Assembly: GCA_964432835.1 (NCBI GenBank)
Contig: CAYSPA010000002.1
Location: forward strand, 10,113 to 47,626
Direction: 5' to 3'
Origin: an uncultured Thermoplasmatales archaeon
Lineage (GTDB): Archaea > Thermoplasmatota > E2 > DHVEG-1 > B18-G2
DNA length: 37,514 bases
Of this stretch, positions 16,585 through 29,436 are shown in pieces (position 1 is the first letter of the stretch; each line of letters opens with the position of its first letter). Below the pieces are notes generated by a model. That model saw nothing but the letters and a program-made list of their open reading frames with translations. It searched no databases and was not told the DNA's origin. The position numbers were made by a program, and so were the translations under genes.

Positions 16585-17283
16585 TTAAGCTCTAACGATA
16601 ACTTCTTTTATAAATTTTTTGCACTCCCTAGCAAGGTCTTCGAAGAATTCTCTGCCGTAGGGTTTCACGCTTCTGAGGCTCTCATCGAATGCATTTTCTG
16701 GAACGAATTGCTGAAGAACATATTTTTTCGCGGGAGAGAGTGATTTCGCGATATCCAAAACATCTTCTCTCGTGTGTAGGGATGGCACAACAGTTGTTCT
16801 GAACTCATAATCTATACCGCTCTCCTTCACGAGTTCGATACTTTCTTTTATCGGTTCGATATCGATATCCACGCCCGCCGCCGCGCTGTACTTTTCCTTA
16901 TCCAGCGGGGATTTGACATCCATTGCGATGTAATCCACCAGATTTCTGTCGATCAGCTCTTTTATCTTATCTGGATAATAACCGTTCGTGTCGAGCTTGA
17001 CTTTCATACCGAGATTCTTCAGTTTCGTGCATAGCTCGTCGATGTCTCTGTGGAGCGTTGGTTCTCCTCCCGTGATAACCACGCCATCCAGGAAATCTGA
17101 ATTTTCAACGATGTATCTCTCTATATCTGAAAAGTCCAAAGTTGCGTATCGTTCCGGTGAGAGAACGAGCCCATAGTTATGACACATCGGGCACCTGAAA
17201 TTGCAGTTTGGAAGGAAGATTACGGATGTTATCTTCCCGTCCCAGTCTATAAGAGATGTTTTTACGAATCCCTTTATCTCCAT
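16585..17283 (-). CDS. nrdG: Anaerobic ribonucleoside-triphosphate reductase activating protein (radical SAM)
   Basis: CNFRCPMCHN (CX3CX2C) and VVITGGEP, located immediately downstream of nrdD. I prefer the ATG at 17283 (MEIKGFVKTSLIDWDG) over the track start at 17337. Confidence 0.8.
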   Translation of the reverse strand: MEIKGFVKTSLIDWDGKITSVIFLPNCNFRCPMCHNYGLVLSPERYATLDFSDIERYIVENSDFLDGVVITGGEPTLHRDIDELCTKLKNLGMKVKLDTNGYYPDKIKELIDRNLVDYIAMDVKSPLDKEKYSAAAGVDIDIEPIKESIELVKESGIDYEFRTTVVPSLHTREDVLDIAKSLSPAKKYVLQQFVPENAFDESLRSVKPYGREFFEDLARECKKFIKEVIVRA

Positions 17284-17340
17284 CGTTTTTCCTCCCGAGT
17301 ATAAAAAAGGGAGGAGAGGTCTCCTCCCCACCTCCACGCT

Positions 17341-19485
17341 TTAAGGAGCAAATCTGTTCAGGTCAGTCCTCACCCTGTCTTTGAGTTCACCGAGTTTTCC
17401 TTTATTCCAAGAGCTCACCTTTGAGAAGAATCCGGTAACTCTCGTTATGCCGTCAACATCCGCGGAGCCGCAGTGCGGGCATGCATCATGAAGACCTCTC
17501 GATACCTTTCCACAGGTCATGCAGTGCGTGAACTCAGGCGAGAACGCTATCTGGGCATTCTGTGTATTGAAGAACGTCTTTCTCACAAAGTTTGCTATTG
17601 CCCTTGGGTCTGGTCTCGATTCGCCGAGCCATATGTGCGTGAGTGCGCCCGCCTCTATAAGGGGGTGGAATTTACCTTCCAGCTTCACCCTTTCGATCGG
17701 AGATAGCGGAACAGATATGTTGAGATATGTGGAGTTCGTGTAGTATATCTCTCCCCTCTTTTTGTCGCCCTTCACGACGGTTGTTGCCTGCAGGGGATAG
17801 TGCCTCATATCCAGTTTCGCCAACCTGTATGCGGTTGATTCTGCCGGTGTCTGCTCAAGAGGTAACTTTATACCATACCTCTCACTCAGTTCAGTTGCGA
17901 TCTTCTTCATCGCCGCTATAATCTTGAGACCGAACTTGTAAGCGTAATCTGACTCGTGCATTTCCTCGCCAAGATGATACTGGACCATCTCATTCAATCC
18001 AAGCATTCCCAGCAAAAACGTCGCTCTGTGAAGTCTGTAGTAGGGCTCTCCATCGAGATCCATGGCGAGAAGCGCAAGGGGACCATTTCTTCCCATGCCC
18101 AGGAGTTTTTCTATGAAAGCCCTTTTCTGGAGATGCGCCTTTACGGCGAGTTCTATCCTCTCCCTGAGTTTCTCGAATAACCTATCATCATCACCATTGG
18201 ACTCGTAAGCTATTCTTGGGAGATTTATCGTCACATTCTGCATCGCGGAATATCTCATCTTCCAAGGCTCTTTTGCGTCCTCGAGATCCTCATCGCTCAG
18301 ATTGAAGGCGAGTCTGCAACATTCTGATATCTTCGCGGTATCTCCTCTGTCAAAAACGAAGTAGGTGTTTCCTTTCTCGGCGGCGACCTCACTTATCTTG
18401 TAGAGGAACTCTTCATGCCCCTCTGTCGAGAAGAACTTGTCCGTCATGTGAACGTTTGGCTTGGGGAAGAAGAATGGTCTGCCCTGGGCGTCCCCTTCAT
18501 AGTATACCTCAAACAGCGCCATGGCGAATCTCTGCGCTTCTTCAACGTAATCGGCATAGGTGTTTCCCGTGTACTTTCCTCCGGGACCTATAGCTGGAAC
18601 ATCCTCGAAATGCTTCGGGCATTCCCAGTATATGTTGATATCACTGAATATGCTCTGCCCTCCTCTCGCTACCGCCTGCTGCGCGAACTCGTATATCAGA
18701 ATCTGCGCGAGCTGTTTCATTCTTCTCTCGTCCACACCAACGAGATATGGGGCAAGGAACAGGTTGAATGCATCCCATCCTATTGCACCGGCAAAATGCC
18801 CCTGGAGGGCGGCGGAAAATTTGATAACCTGCTCTATGAGGACCTCCGGGTGTTTTGCGGGTCTCGCTATGGAGAGGGCATTTGGAAGGTTCAAACCAAA
18901 TTTCTTGACATATTCTATATTCTGCCCGGAGCAGTAGGGTCTATCGATCATTCCGAGATCGTGCAGATGGATATCTCCTCGCATGTGAGCATCTGCAACA
19001 TCTTGGGAGAATACCTCTATCAGGGCATATTCTTTCTTTATCCTCTCCGCAAGTGTCAGGTTCGTTGCTTCTGGACCATGGGGGACATTCGCGTTCTCCT
19101 TGTTGGGATTTATGATGATCTGTCTCGCATCGTAGAGCGGAACGCCGAGTCTCGTGTGCTGTCTCCTTATGTGCTCGAGACCGTATTCAATGAGTTTTGC
19201 GTTTGTTAGTTCTCTAACGAGGGGCGCCGTAACGTAATTCAGACCCAGATTTTTGATGAGTTTTTCCACTTCCTTTGCTATTATTCTCGCCGCATCCTCG
19301 CTTATGTCCGTCTCCCTGAGTAAAGCGTCGACAATTTTCTCTCTGTTCCACTTGTGAATTTCCTCGTCCGATGTTCTCACGAACAGAGAGAGGTCTGTCG
19401 CATCCGCCGTATCTTGCTTTGCTTCTTTCAGGGTGATCGCGTCGAGGTAGATACGGCTACGCCTATTATCTTCCAGACGAAGCAT
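17341..19485 (-). CDS. nrdD: Anaerobic (class III) ribonucleoside-triphosphate reductase
   Basis: N-terminal ATP-cone-like region, C-terminal Zn ribbon CMTCG...CPHCG, and a glycyl-radical loop ITRVTGFFS. Length is 714 aa. Confidence 0.88.
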   Translation of the reverse strand: MLRLEDNRRSRIYLDAITLKEAKQDTADATDLSLFVRTSDEEIHKWNREKIVDALLRETDISEDAARIIAKEVEKLIKNLGLNYVTAPLVRELTNAKLIEYGLEHIRRQHTRLGVPLYDARQIIINPNKENANVPHGPEATNLTLAERIKKEYALIEVFSQDVADAHMRGDIHLHDLGMIDRPYCSGQNIEYVKKFGLNLPNALSIARPAKHPEVLIEQVIKFSAALQGHFAGAIGWDAFNLFLAPYLVGVDERRMKQLAQILIYEFAQQAVARGGQSIFSDINIYWECPKHFEDVPAIGPGGKYTGNTYADYVEEAQRFAMALFEVYYEGDAQGRPFFFPKPNVHMTDKFFSTEGHEEFLYKISEVAAEKGNTYFVFDRGDTAKISECCRLAFNLSDEDLEDAKEPWKMRYSAMQNVTINLPRIAYESNGDDDRLFEKLRERIELAVKAHLQKRAFIEKLLGMGRNGPLALLAMDLDGEPYYRLHRATFLLGMLGLNEMVQYHLGEEMHESDYAYKFGLKIIAAMKKIATELSERYGIKLPLEQTPAESTAYRLAKLDMRHYPLQATTVVKGDKKRGEIYYTNSTYLNISVPLSPIERVKLEGKFHPLIEAGALTHIWLGESRPDPRAIANFVRKTFFNTQNAQIAFSPEFTHCMTCGKVSRGLHDACPHCGSADVDGITRVTGFFSKVSSWNKGKLGELKDRVRTDLNRFAP

Positions 19486-19634
19486 GTCAGCCCTTCCTTC
19501 AAGGTTTTTTGTGGGTGTGAGAATGCTCAGTATTTGCCCATTTATCTAAATTTTTGCATCAACCTTTTTATCACCAACTTTACCAAAGAGAAATGTATTT
19601 ATTACCAGCCTTGTTACCAATTTAGGGGAGAGAG

Positions 19635-20228
19635 ATGGAAATCTTCAGAAAAAATTTCACATTGCAGGATAAAATTTTCGAATATTTAAGAGAAGGTGAA
19701 GATTCGATATCCGGTCTTCACAGAAAACTCGAAAAGGAAGGGATAAAACTGCACAGACTTGTACTAACCGGATATCTCAAGGCACTCTCAGATGTTGGTG
19801 CGCTGAAAGAGAGCGAGGTCAAGCCCTCAAAGGTGTATTCTTTGAAGCCAACCAGAAGGAGAGATGTGTACGAATTTGTTGGAGATGTCGTGAGAGATTT
19901 CGCAGATTCCAAAAAGGAACGGGCGCGACTGTGCGTGTATGTCCTGCAGAGATTGTTCAGAAGACCCATCTTTTTGGAAGAAGTGAAGAGATGTGGAGTG
20001 GATGTTGATGATGTCGAAGCGACCAAGATCGGGGGAGAAGAGAGACTGCAGGCAAGAAAAACCCTATCAAATACTTACATCAAGTTACCGTACAACGACC
20101 CCGCATACATGATAAAGGATGATGAAAAGATGGACAAAATTTATGTGGAGATACTGAGGGGTATAGTTCTGCAGGCTCTCGGTGCAAAAGCATTCGTGTT
20201 CAAAGGGAAACAGCTCAAACTGGAATAA
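19635..20228 (+). CDS. Hypothetical protein with an N-terminal winged-helix-like region
   Basis: 197-aa ORF. KIFEYLREGEDSISGLHRKLEKEGIKLHRLVLTGYLKALSDVGALKE...KVYSL resembles a wHTH. It is divergent from nrdD. Confidence 0.45.
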   Translation: MEIFRKNFTLQDKIFEYLREGEDSISGLHRKLEKEGIKLHRLVLTGYLKALSDVGALKESEVKPSKVYSLKPTRRRDVYEFVGDVVRDFADSKKERARLCVYVLQRLFRRPIFLEEVKRCGVDVDDVEATKIGGEERLQARKTLSNTYIKLPYNDPAYMIKDDEKMDKIYVEILRGIVLQALGAKAFVFKGKQLKLE

Positions 20229-20236
20229 AAAGAATC

Positions 20237-20887
20237 TTAATGCCCCCTATCCTCGCCCCAGATGATTTTATGAATCTGCAGAGACAGGCGTGCATCTATA
20301 CCATCCTCTATCATAAGCTCTGCTATTTTTCTGTAATCTGTTCCCCACACGGGCTGAATGATGATCTTGCATTTTGGTTTGTATTTTGATATGACCTGTT
20401 TTGAATAGGAATAGTCGTTCTCGTCTCCAACGACAAACTTGAGCTGGTCGTGAGTTCTCAGCAGAGATATGTTGTCGAACAGCATCCTATCTTCCATTCC
20501 CGATGAAGGTGTTTTTATATCCATCGAGATTGTGAAACGCCCTCCGTACCCATCGAACGTATCTATCACTTTTTTCAGACCTATGCTTCCATTGGTTTCA
20601 AGCAGTACCATATATCCTCTCTTATGTTTCAGAAGAGATTCTATTAGATTAAATGTTTCCTCCTGTAGGAGGGGCTCTCCCCCAGTTACACACACGTACC
20701 TGCTCTTGAAATGCTCTATCCTTTTCATTATTTCGTCCACATCGATATCTTCTCCTTCATAGAAAGCATACTGTGTATCACAGTATCTGCATCTCAGATT
20801 GCATCCCGTTAATCTTATGAATATTGTAGGATACCCTGAGAGCTCACCCTCTCCCTGGATGGAATGGAATATTTCGCACACCTTCAT
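20237..20887 (-). CDS. queE: 7-carboxy-7-deazaguanine synthase QueE (radical SAM)
   Basis: EIFHSIQGEGELSGYPTIFIRLTGCNLRCRYCDT is the QueE signature with a CX3CX2C cluster. Also contains VTGGEPLLQ. Confidence 0.85.
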   Translation of the reverse strand: MKVCEIFHSIQGEGELSGYPTIFIRLTGCNLRCRYCDTQYAFYEGEDIDVDEIMKRIEHFKSRYVCVTGGEPLLQEETFNLIESLLKHKRGYMVLLETNGSIGLKKVIDTFDGYGGRFTISMDIKTPSSGMEDRMLFDNISLLRTHDQLKFVVGDENDYSYSKQVISKYKPKCKIIIQPVWGTDYRKIAELMIEDGIDARLSLQIHKIIWGEDRGH

Positions 20888-20920
20888 CTACTCACCTTCA
20901 CATCCAGTAAAAGTAGCATA

Positions 20921-20945
20921 AAGTATTTATATAAGTATTATTATT
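20921..20945. promoter_or_regulatory. AT-rich block (AAGTATTTATATAAGTATTATTATT) that may hold divergent promoters for queE and tRNA-Lys/rpoH
   Basis: TTTATATA lies about 40 nt upstream of the queE ATG on the minus strand. It is the only strongly TATA-like sequence between queE and tRNA-Lys. Confidence 0.3.
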
Positions 20946-21005
20946 TGGGTATCTCTGCGTCAGTGTAGAGTATGCAACATGAGAAGGGGGTATGCATGGG
21001 CATTC

Positions 21006-21079
21006 GGGCCTGTAGCTCAGCCAGGTAGAGCATCTGGCTTTTAACCAGGTGGTCATGGGTTCGAATCCCATCAGGCCCG
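21006..21079 (+). tRNA. tRNA-Lys (anticodon TTT)
   Basis: Acceptor GGGCCTG/CAGGCCC. D arm GCTC-AGCCAGGTA-GAGC. Anticodon stem TCTGG/CCAGG with loop CTTTTAA. T arm ATGGG-TTCGAAT-CCCAT. Discriminator G. No intron and no encoded CCA. Confidence 0.92.
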
Positions 21080-21094
21080 CTCGGGATCGGGAGG

Positions 21095-21403
21095 ATGGCT
21101 CAAGATATGAAAAAGAAGAAATTCAACATCCTCGACCACGAGCTCGTACCAGAACACGTAATCCTATCCAAAGAGGAGGCGGAGGAAGTTCTCAAAAAAT
21201 TCAACATCAAACCCGAGCAACTGCCAAAGATACTGACAACGGATCCCGTTGTGAAAGCCATAGGGGCAAAGAAGGGGGACATCATAAAGGTTATAAGAAA
21301 GAGCAAAACCGCTCTGAAATCTGTAGTGTACAGACTCGTTGTTGAGGAAAGTGAGATTTCACCTGCAAGAGATATATCCGCGGAGATGTTTGGAGAGGAG
21401 TGA
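21095..21403 (+). CDS. rpoH: DNA-directed RNA polymerase subunit H (Rpo5)
   Basis: [61 protein letters not shown]...VYRLVV is a typical RpoH core. An acidic tail of about 19 aa follows. Confidence 0.88.
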   Translation: MAQDMKKKKFNILDHELVPEHVILSKEEAEEVLKKFNIKPEQLPKILTTDPVVKAIGAKKGDIIKVIRKSKTALKSVVYRLVVEESEISPARDISAEMFGEE

Positions 21404-21407
21404 GGGT

Positions 21408-24400
21408 ATGAGGGAATTGGTTGATGCTTTCTATAGAGAGAGGAGCATCGTAAACCACCAGATTGCATCCTATAATGATTTCCTGAGGAGGAGGTTGCAG
21501 AACATAATAAGCACAACAACCGTTGGCGAGGCGGGCGAGGGCGAGGAGACGGAAAGAGGTTTCATCTATCCGGAGATCGAGGGTTTCAAAATAAAACTCG
21601 GAAAGATAAAGGTTGGAAGACCGGAAGTAAAGGAAGCAGACGGTTCGGTGAGAGAGCTCTTTCCAATGGAGGCGAGGTTGAGAGACCTCGATTATGAGGC
21701 ACCCATCTGGCTGGAATTTATTCCGATAAGAGACGGTGTGGAATATGAGCCCGAGATAGTGAGAATAGGCGAGCTACCAATAATGGTCAAATCCCTCGCA
21801 TGCAACATCTCGAAAGAGGCTTTTGAAGAAAGAGAGGGGAGAGAACTGACGGATGAGGAATATAAGGAGCTCCTCATAAAAGCTCAGGAGGACCCACTTG
21901 ATCCGGGTGGATATTTCATCAGTAACGGAACGGAGAGGGTGCTTGTAACCGTCGAAGACCTTGCTCCCAACAGGGTGCTGGTCGAGAAAGATACGCAGTA
22001 TGGGACCGAGATAGAGGTTGCAAAGATATTTTCCCAGAAGGAAGGTTACAGGGCACTGACCGTCGTCGAAAAGAAGAGAGATGGTATTCTGATGGTCTCC
22101 CTGCCCACCACGTATGGACAGATACCGCTCATTATCTTGCTCAAGGCTCTCGGAATGGAAAACGATGAAGAGATAATGGATGTCATGGCAATGGAGCCGG
22201 AGCTGGAGCCATATGTGCTCGCAAATATAGAGGAATGTACGAATGAATACGGTATAACGAATCAGGAAGAGGCGATCGCATTCCTTGGCAAAAAATTTGC
22301 GGGGGGACAGGCCAGGGAGTACAGGATCAAAAGGGTGGAAACGATCCTGGACAAAAATCTCCTGCCCCATCTCGGAGACACTCCAGCCGATAGAATCACG
22401 AAGGCGGTTTTCATGGCGAGGATGGGAACGAGGGTTCTGGAACTGGCTCTCGGTCTGAGAGAACCCGATGATAAAGATCACTATGCAAACAAGAGATTGA
22501 AACTCGCCGGAGACCTTATGGAAGATCTCTTCAGGGTTGCTTTCACCGCTCTGTGTAAGGATATAAAATATCAGATTGAAAGGGTTCATGCCAAAGGAAA
22601 GGAGATAAGGATAAGTTCGTGCGTCAGGTCCGATGTTCTCACACAGAGGCTTCATCACGCCATAGCCACCGGAAACTGGGTCGGAGGGCGCGCCGGAATA
22701 TCTCAGCTTCTCGATAGAACCAGCAACCTCTCCACCATCAGTCATCTGAGAAGGGTCACATCGCCCCTCGCCAGGTCACAGCCCCATTTCGAGGCGAGAG
22801 ACCTTCATTCGACCCAGTGGGGAAGGTTGTGTCCGAATGAAACTCCCGAAGGACCAAACTGTGGTCTGGTGAAAAATCTCGCTTTAACCGTTGACATATC
22901 CGAAGGGTATGACGAAAAAGAGGTTGAGAAGGTTCTGAGAGACTTGGGTCTGAAGGAGGTTACAAAGGAGACCAGGGGTTCAAGGGTGTATCTCAACGGT
23001 GATCTCATAGGAATACATCCCAATGGAAAGGAACTGGTTAAACAGTTGAGAGACAGGAGGAGGAAAGACCTCCTTCACCACGAGGTCAATGTGTGCTACT
23101 ATGAGGACTCAAACGATGTTGTGATAAACTGCGATAGCGGTAGATTAAGAAGACCCCTTCTCGTTGTGGAAAACGGAAAACTTCTGCTGACAAAACAGCA
23201 TATCGAGGATTTGAAGAGTGGGAAAAAGAAATGGAGCGATCTCATAAAGGAAGGTATCGTGGAGTATCTGGATGCAGAAGAAGAGGAAAATGCATACATT
23301 GCCCTCAGCGAGGAGGAACTAACGCCGGAGCACACTCACATGGAAATTGATCCGATGTGCATACTCGGCGTAAGCGCCGGCCTGGTGCCGTATGCGGAAC
23401 ACAACTCTTCTCCGAGAATCACGATGGGGGCGGGTATGGGCAAGCAGGCTTTAGGTTTCTTCGCATCAAATTACCGTATAAGGTCTGATACCAGGTCTCA
23501 CCTTCTCCACTACCCGCAAGTCCCTCTGGTTCAGACTCATATAGCAAGATATGTGGGGCTTCTCGACAGACCCGCTGGTCAGAACTTCGTCGTTGCGGTT
23601 TTATCATACAAGGGCTACAACATGGAAGATGCTCTCATACTGAATAGAGCGAGCGTTGACAGGGGGCTGGCGAGGAGCACATTCTTCAGAACATACAGCG
23701 CGGAGGAGAGGAGATATCCGGGTGGTCAGGAGGACAGATTCGAGATACCAAAACCCGGAGAGTGCAGGGGTGTCAGAAGCGAGGAGGAATACGGGAATCT
23801 TGACGAAGATGGTCTCATATATCCAGAATGTGTGGTAAACAGCGACGATGTTCTCATCGGAAAGACATCTCCACCCAGATTTATAGAGGAGCCAACAGAT
23901 TTTCTCACGCCTCAGAAGAGAAGGGAAACCTCGGTCACCGTCCAGCACGGAGAGAGGGGAATAGTCGATAAGGTTATGCTCTCCGAGTCGGTGAGTGGGG
24001 CAAGGATGGTCAAGATAAAAGTCAGGGATGAAAGAATTCCCGAGCTCGGGGATAAATTCGCATCAAAACATGGCCAGAAAGGCGTTGTTGGGTATATAGC
24101 ACCCCCGGAGGATATGCCTTTCAACGAGGAAGGTATATCCCCCGACCTTATAATCAATCCCCACGCCATCCCGAGCAGAATGACCGTGGGACACGTTTTG
24201 GAGATGATAGGGGGGAAGGTGGCAGCCCTGGAGGGGAGGTTCGTAGATGGTACCCCGTTCAGTGGTGAGCCAGAGGAAGTCTTGAGAAAGGCACTGATTG
24301 CGAATGGTTTCAAGCACACCGGAAAGGAGGTACTTTACGATGGAGAGACCGGAAAAGCATATGAGTGTGATATATTTGTTGGCTGCATATATTACCAGAA

Positions 24401-24782
24401 GTTACATCACATGGTTGCGGGCAAGATGCACGCGAGGAGCAGGGGACCCGTGCAGATTCTTACAAAACAACCGACGGAGGGCAGGTCAAGGGAGGGAGGA
24501 TTGAGATTTGGAGAGATGGAGAGAGACTGTCTGATAGGTCATGGGGCATCCATGGTCATAAAGGACAGATTGCTGGATGAATCCGATTTGACGGTGAAGT
24601 ACATTTGTAACAACTGTGGACACATAGCTATAGTCGACAGGCACGGGAAGCTGAAATGCCCGGTGTGCGGAGACAAAGCGGAGATTTACCCGGTGGAGAT
24701 GAGTTACGCCTTCAAATTACTCCTTGATGAGCTCAAGTCCATGTGTATAGCTCCAAGATTGAGACTCGAATCCCTGGTGTGA
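21408..24782 (+). CDS. rpoB: DNA-directed RNA polymerase subunit B (unsplit Rpo2)
   Basis: N-terminus [14 protein letters not shown]. Contains the [14 protein letters not shown] motif and a C-terminal Zn ribbon CNNCG...CPVCG. I chose the ATG at 21408, 4 nt after the rpoH stop, not the track start at 21339. Confidence 0.93.
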   Translation: MRELVDAFYRERSIVNHQIASYNDFLRRRLQNIISTTTVGEAGEGEETERGFIYPEIEGFKIKLGKIKVGRPEVKEADGSVRELFPMEARLRDLDYEAPIWLEFIPIRDGVEYEPEIVRIGELPIMVKSLACNISKEAFEEREGRELTDEEYKELLIKAQEDPLDPGGYFISNGTERVLVTVEDLAPNRVLVEKDTQYGTEIEVAKIFSQKEGYRALTVVEKKRDGILMVSLPTTYGQIPLIILLKALGMENDEEIMDVMAMEPELEPYVLANIEECTNEYGITNQEEAIAFLGKKFAGGQAREYRIKRVETILDKNLLPHLGDTPADRITKAVFMARMGTRVLELALGLREPDDKDHYANKRLKLAGDLMEDLFRVAFTALCKDIKYQIERVHAKGKEIRISSCVRSDVLTQRLHHAIATGNWVGGRAGISQLLDRTSNLSTISHLRRVTSPLARSQPHFEARDLHSTQWGRLCPNETPEGPNCGLVKNLALTVDISEGYDEKEVEKVLRDLGLKEVTKETRGSRVYLNGDLIGIHPNGKELVKQLRDRRRKDLLHHEVNVCYYEDSNDVVINCDSGRLRRPLLVVENGKLLLTKQHIEDLKSGKKKWSDLIKEGIVEYLDAEEEENAYIALSEEELTPEHTHMEIDPMCILGVSAGLVPYAEHNSSPRITMGAGMGKQALGFFASNYRIRSDTRSHLLHYPQVPLVQTHIARYVGLLDRPAGQNFVVAVLSYKGYNMEDALILNRASVDRGLARSTFFRTYSAEERRYPGGQEDRFEIPKPGECRGVRSEEEYGNLDEDGLIYPECVVNSDDVLIGKTSPPRFIEEPTDFLTPQKRRETSVTVQHGERGIVDKVMLSESVSGARMVKIKVRDERIPELGDKFASKHGQKGVVGYIAPPEDMPFNEEGISPDLIINPHAIPSRMTVGHVLEMIGGKVAALEGRFVDGTPFSGEPEEVLRKALIANGFKHTGKEVLYDGETGKAYECDIFVGCIYYQKLHHMVAGKMHARSRGPVQILTKQPTEGRSREGGLRFGEMERDCLIGHGASMVIKDRLLDESDLTVKYICNNCGHIAIVDRHGKLKCPVCGDKAEIYPVEMSYAFKLLLDELKSMCIAPRLRLESLV

Positions 24783-24788
24783 TGGAGT

Positions 24789-28636
<3,848 letters not shown>

Positions 28637-28640
28637 GAGC

Positions 28641-28943
28641 ATGCCGATGGATGTGGAGAGAGCTTTCAAATCCCTGATGAAGGAGGGTAAGGTCATCATA
28701 GGACTGAGGAAAACAAAGAGAGCTTTGATGGAGAGAAAGGCAAAGATGATCGTGATAGCAAACAACTGTCCGGAAAAGGAAGAGGTCGAAAGAATCGCCG
28801 CCGATAACAACATACCGGTATACAGGTTCCAACGAAAGGGTGTAGACCTCGGTGCAACCTGTGGCAAACCCTTCTCGATATCGGTTTTTGCCGTTATCGA
28901 TGAGGGAAAGGTGGACCTGCAGAAACTACTCAAAGAGAGTTAG
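28641..28943 (+). CDS. rpl30e: 50S ribosomal protein L30e (eL30)
   Basis: KEGKVIIGLRKTKRALMERKAKMIVIANNCP...IPVYRF...LGATCGKPF is typical eL30. I chose the ATG at 28641, after the rpoA2 stop. Confidence 0.88.
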   Translation: MPMDVERAFKSLMKEGKVIIGLRKTKRALMERKAKMIVIANNCPEKEEVERIAADNNIPVYRFQRKGVDLGATCGKPFSISVFAVIDEGKVDLQKLLKES

Positions 28944-28946
28944 AAA

Positions 28947-29372
28947 ATGGCGGAGAGGGTAATATCAAACGATGATATGCAGAGAATAAGGTTAGCCACA
29001 TCTATAACCAAGGCGGATGTGATAGATTGCATCGAAGATGATGATACCATAGTTTTCGTCGTGAGCAAAGGTTTCCTCGGCATGGCGATAGGCAAAAATG
29101 CGAGGAATATAGAGAAGCTCAAGGAGATTCTGAAAAAGAACGTGAGATTCATCGAGATAGACGATGATGAAAGAAAGTTTGTGTCAAATCTTTTCAAACC
29201 ATTTAAAGTGGATGATGTTGTCATAGAGAAGGTTGGAAACAAAAATGTGGCGAAGATAAAGGTTTCGCAAGCCGAAAAATCAAAGATTATAGGGAGAGGG
29301 GGTAAGAACGTCAGATTGGCAAGGATGGTGGCACAGAGACATTCGTCCATAGACGATATACAGATCGAGTGA
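28947..29372 (+). CDS. nusA: Archaeal NusA-like transcription termination/antitermination factor (two KH domains)
   Basis: Two GxxG KH loops (IGKNARN and IGRGGKN). Length is 141 aa. It sits in the canonical position after eL30 in the RNAP operon. Confidence 0.85.
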   Translation: MAERVISNDDMQRIRLATSITKADVIDCIEDDDTIVFVVSKGFLGMAIGKNARNIEKLKEILKKNVRFIEIDDDERKFVSNLFKPFKVDDVVIEKVGNKNVAKIKVSQAEKSKIIGRGGKNVRLARMVAQRHSSIDDIQIE

Positions 29373-29436
29373 ATTTGGGGTTAAAAAATCGAAAAACTAT
29401 AAGTTTCTTTCAGATATTCAGCGTGGGGGTAGGAAC

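Noticed and set aside
21339-21407. Upstream extension of rpoB in the ORF track (start at 21339, overlapping rpoH)
   Set aside because: The extension has no ATG start and would overlap 65 nt of rpoH. The ATG at 21408 gives the conserved RpoB N-terminus right after the rpoH stop. I applied the same reasoning to trim the track starts of rrp41, rrp42, rrp4, nrdG, rpl30e, rpoA2, gatE and the DAO-family gene.
21774-22745. 323-aa minus-strand ORF inside rpoB. Similar long antisense ORFs lie at 33156-34184 (342 aa, inside gatE), 6149-6916 (inside pdxS/pdxT), 11707-12486 (inside the nuclease and pcc1), 18415-19209 (inside nrdD) and 504-974 / 1930-2469 (inside lhr).
   Set aside because: All lie antisense to genes with unmistakable conserved motifs. 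Their translations are low-complexity Ser/Leu/Phe/Pro-rich strings, as expected from the reverse complement of purine-rich GAR/AAR coding sequence. No motifs or plausible starts are present.
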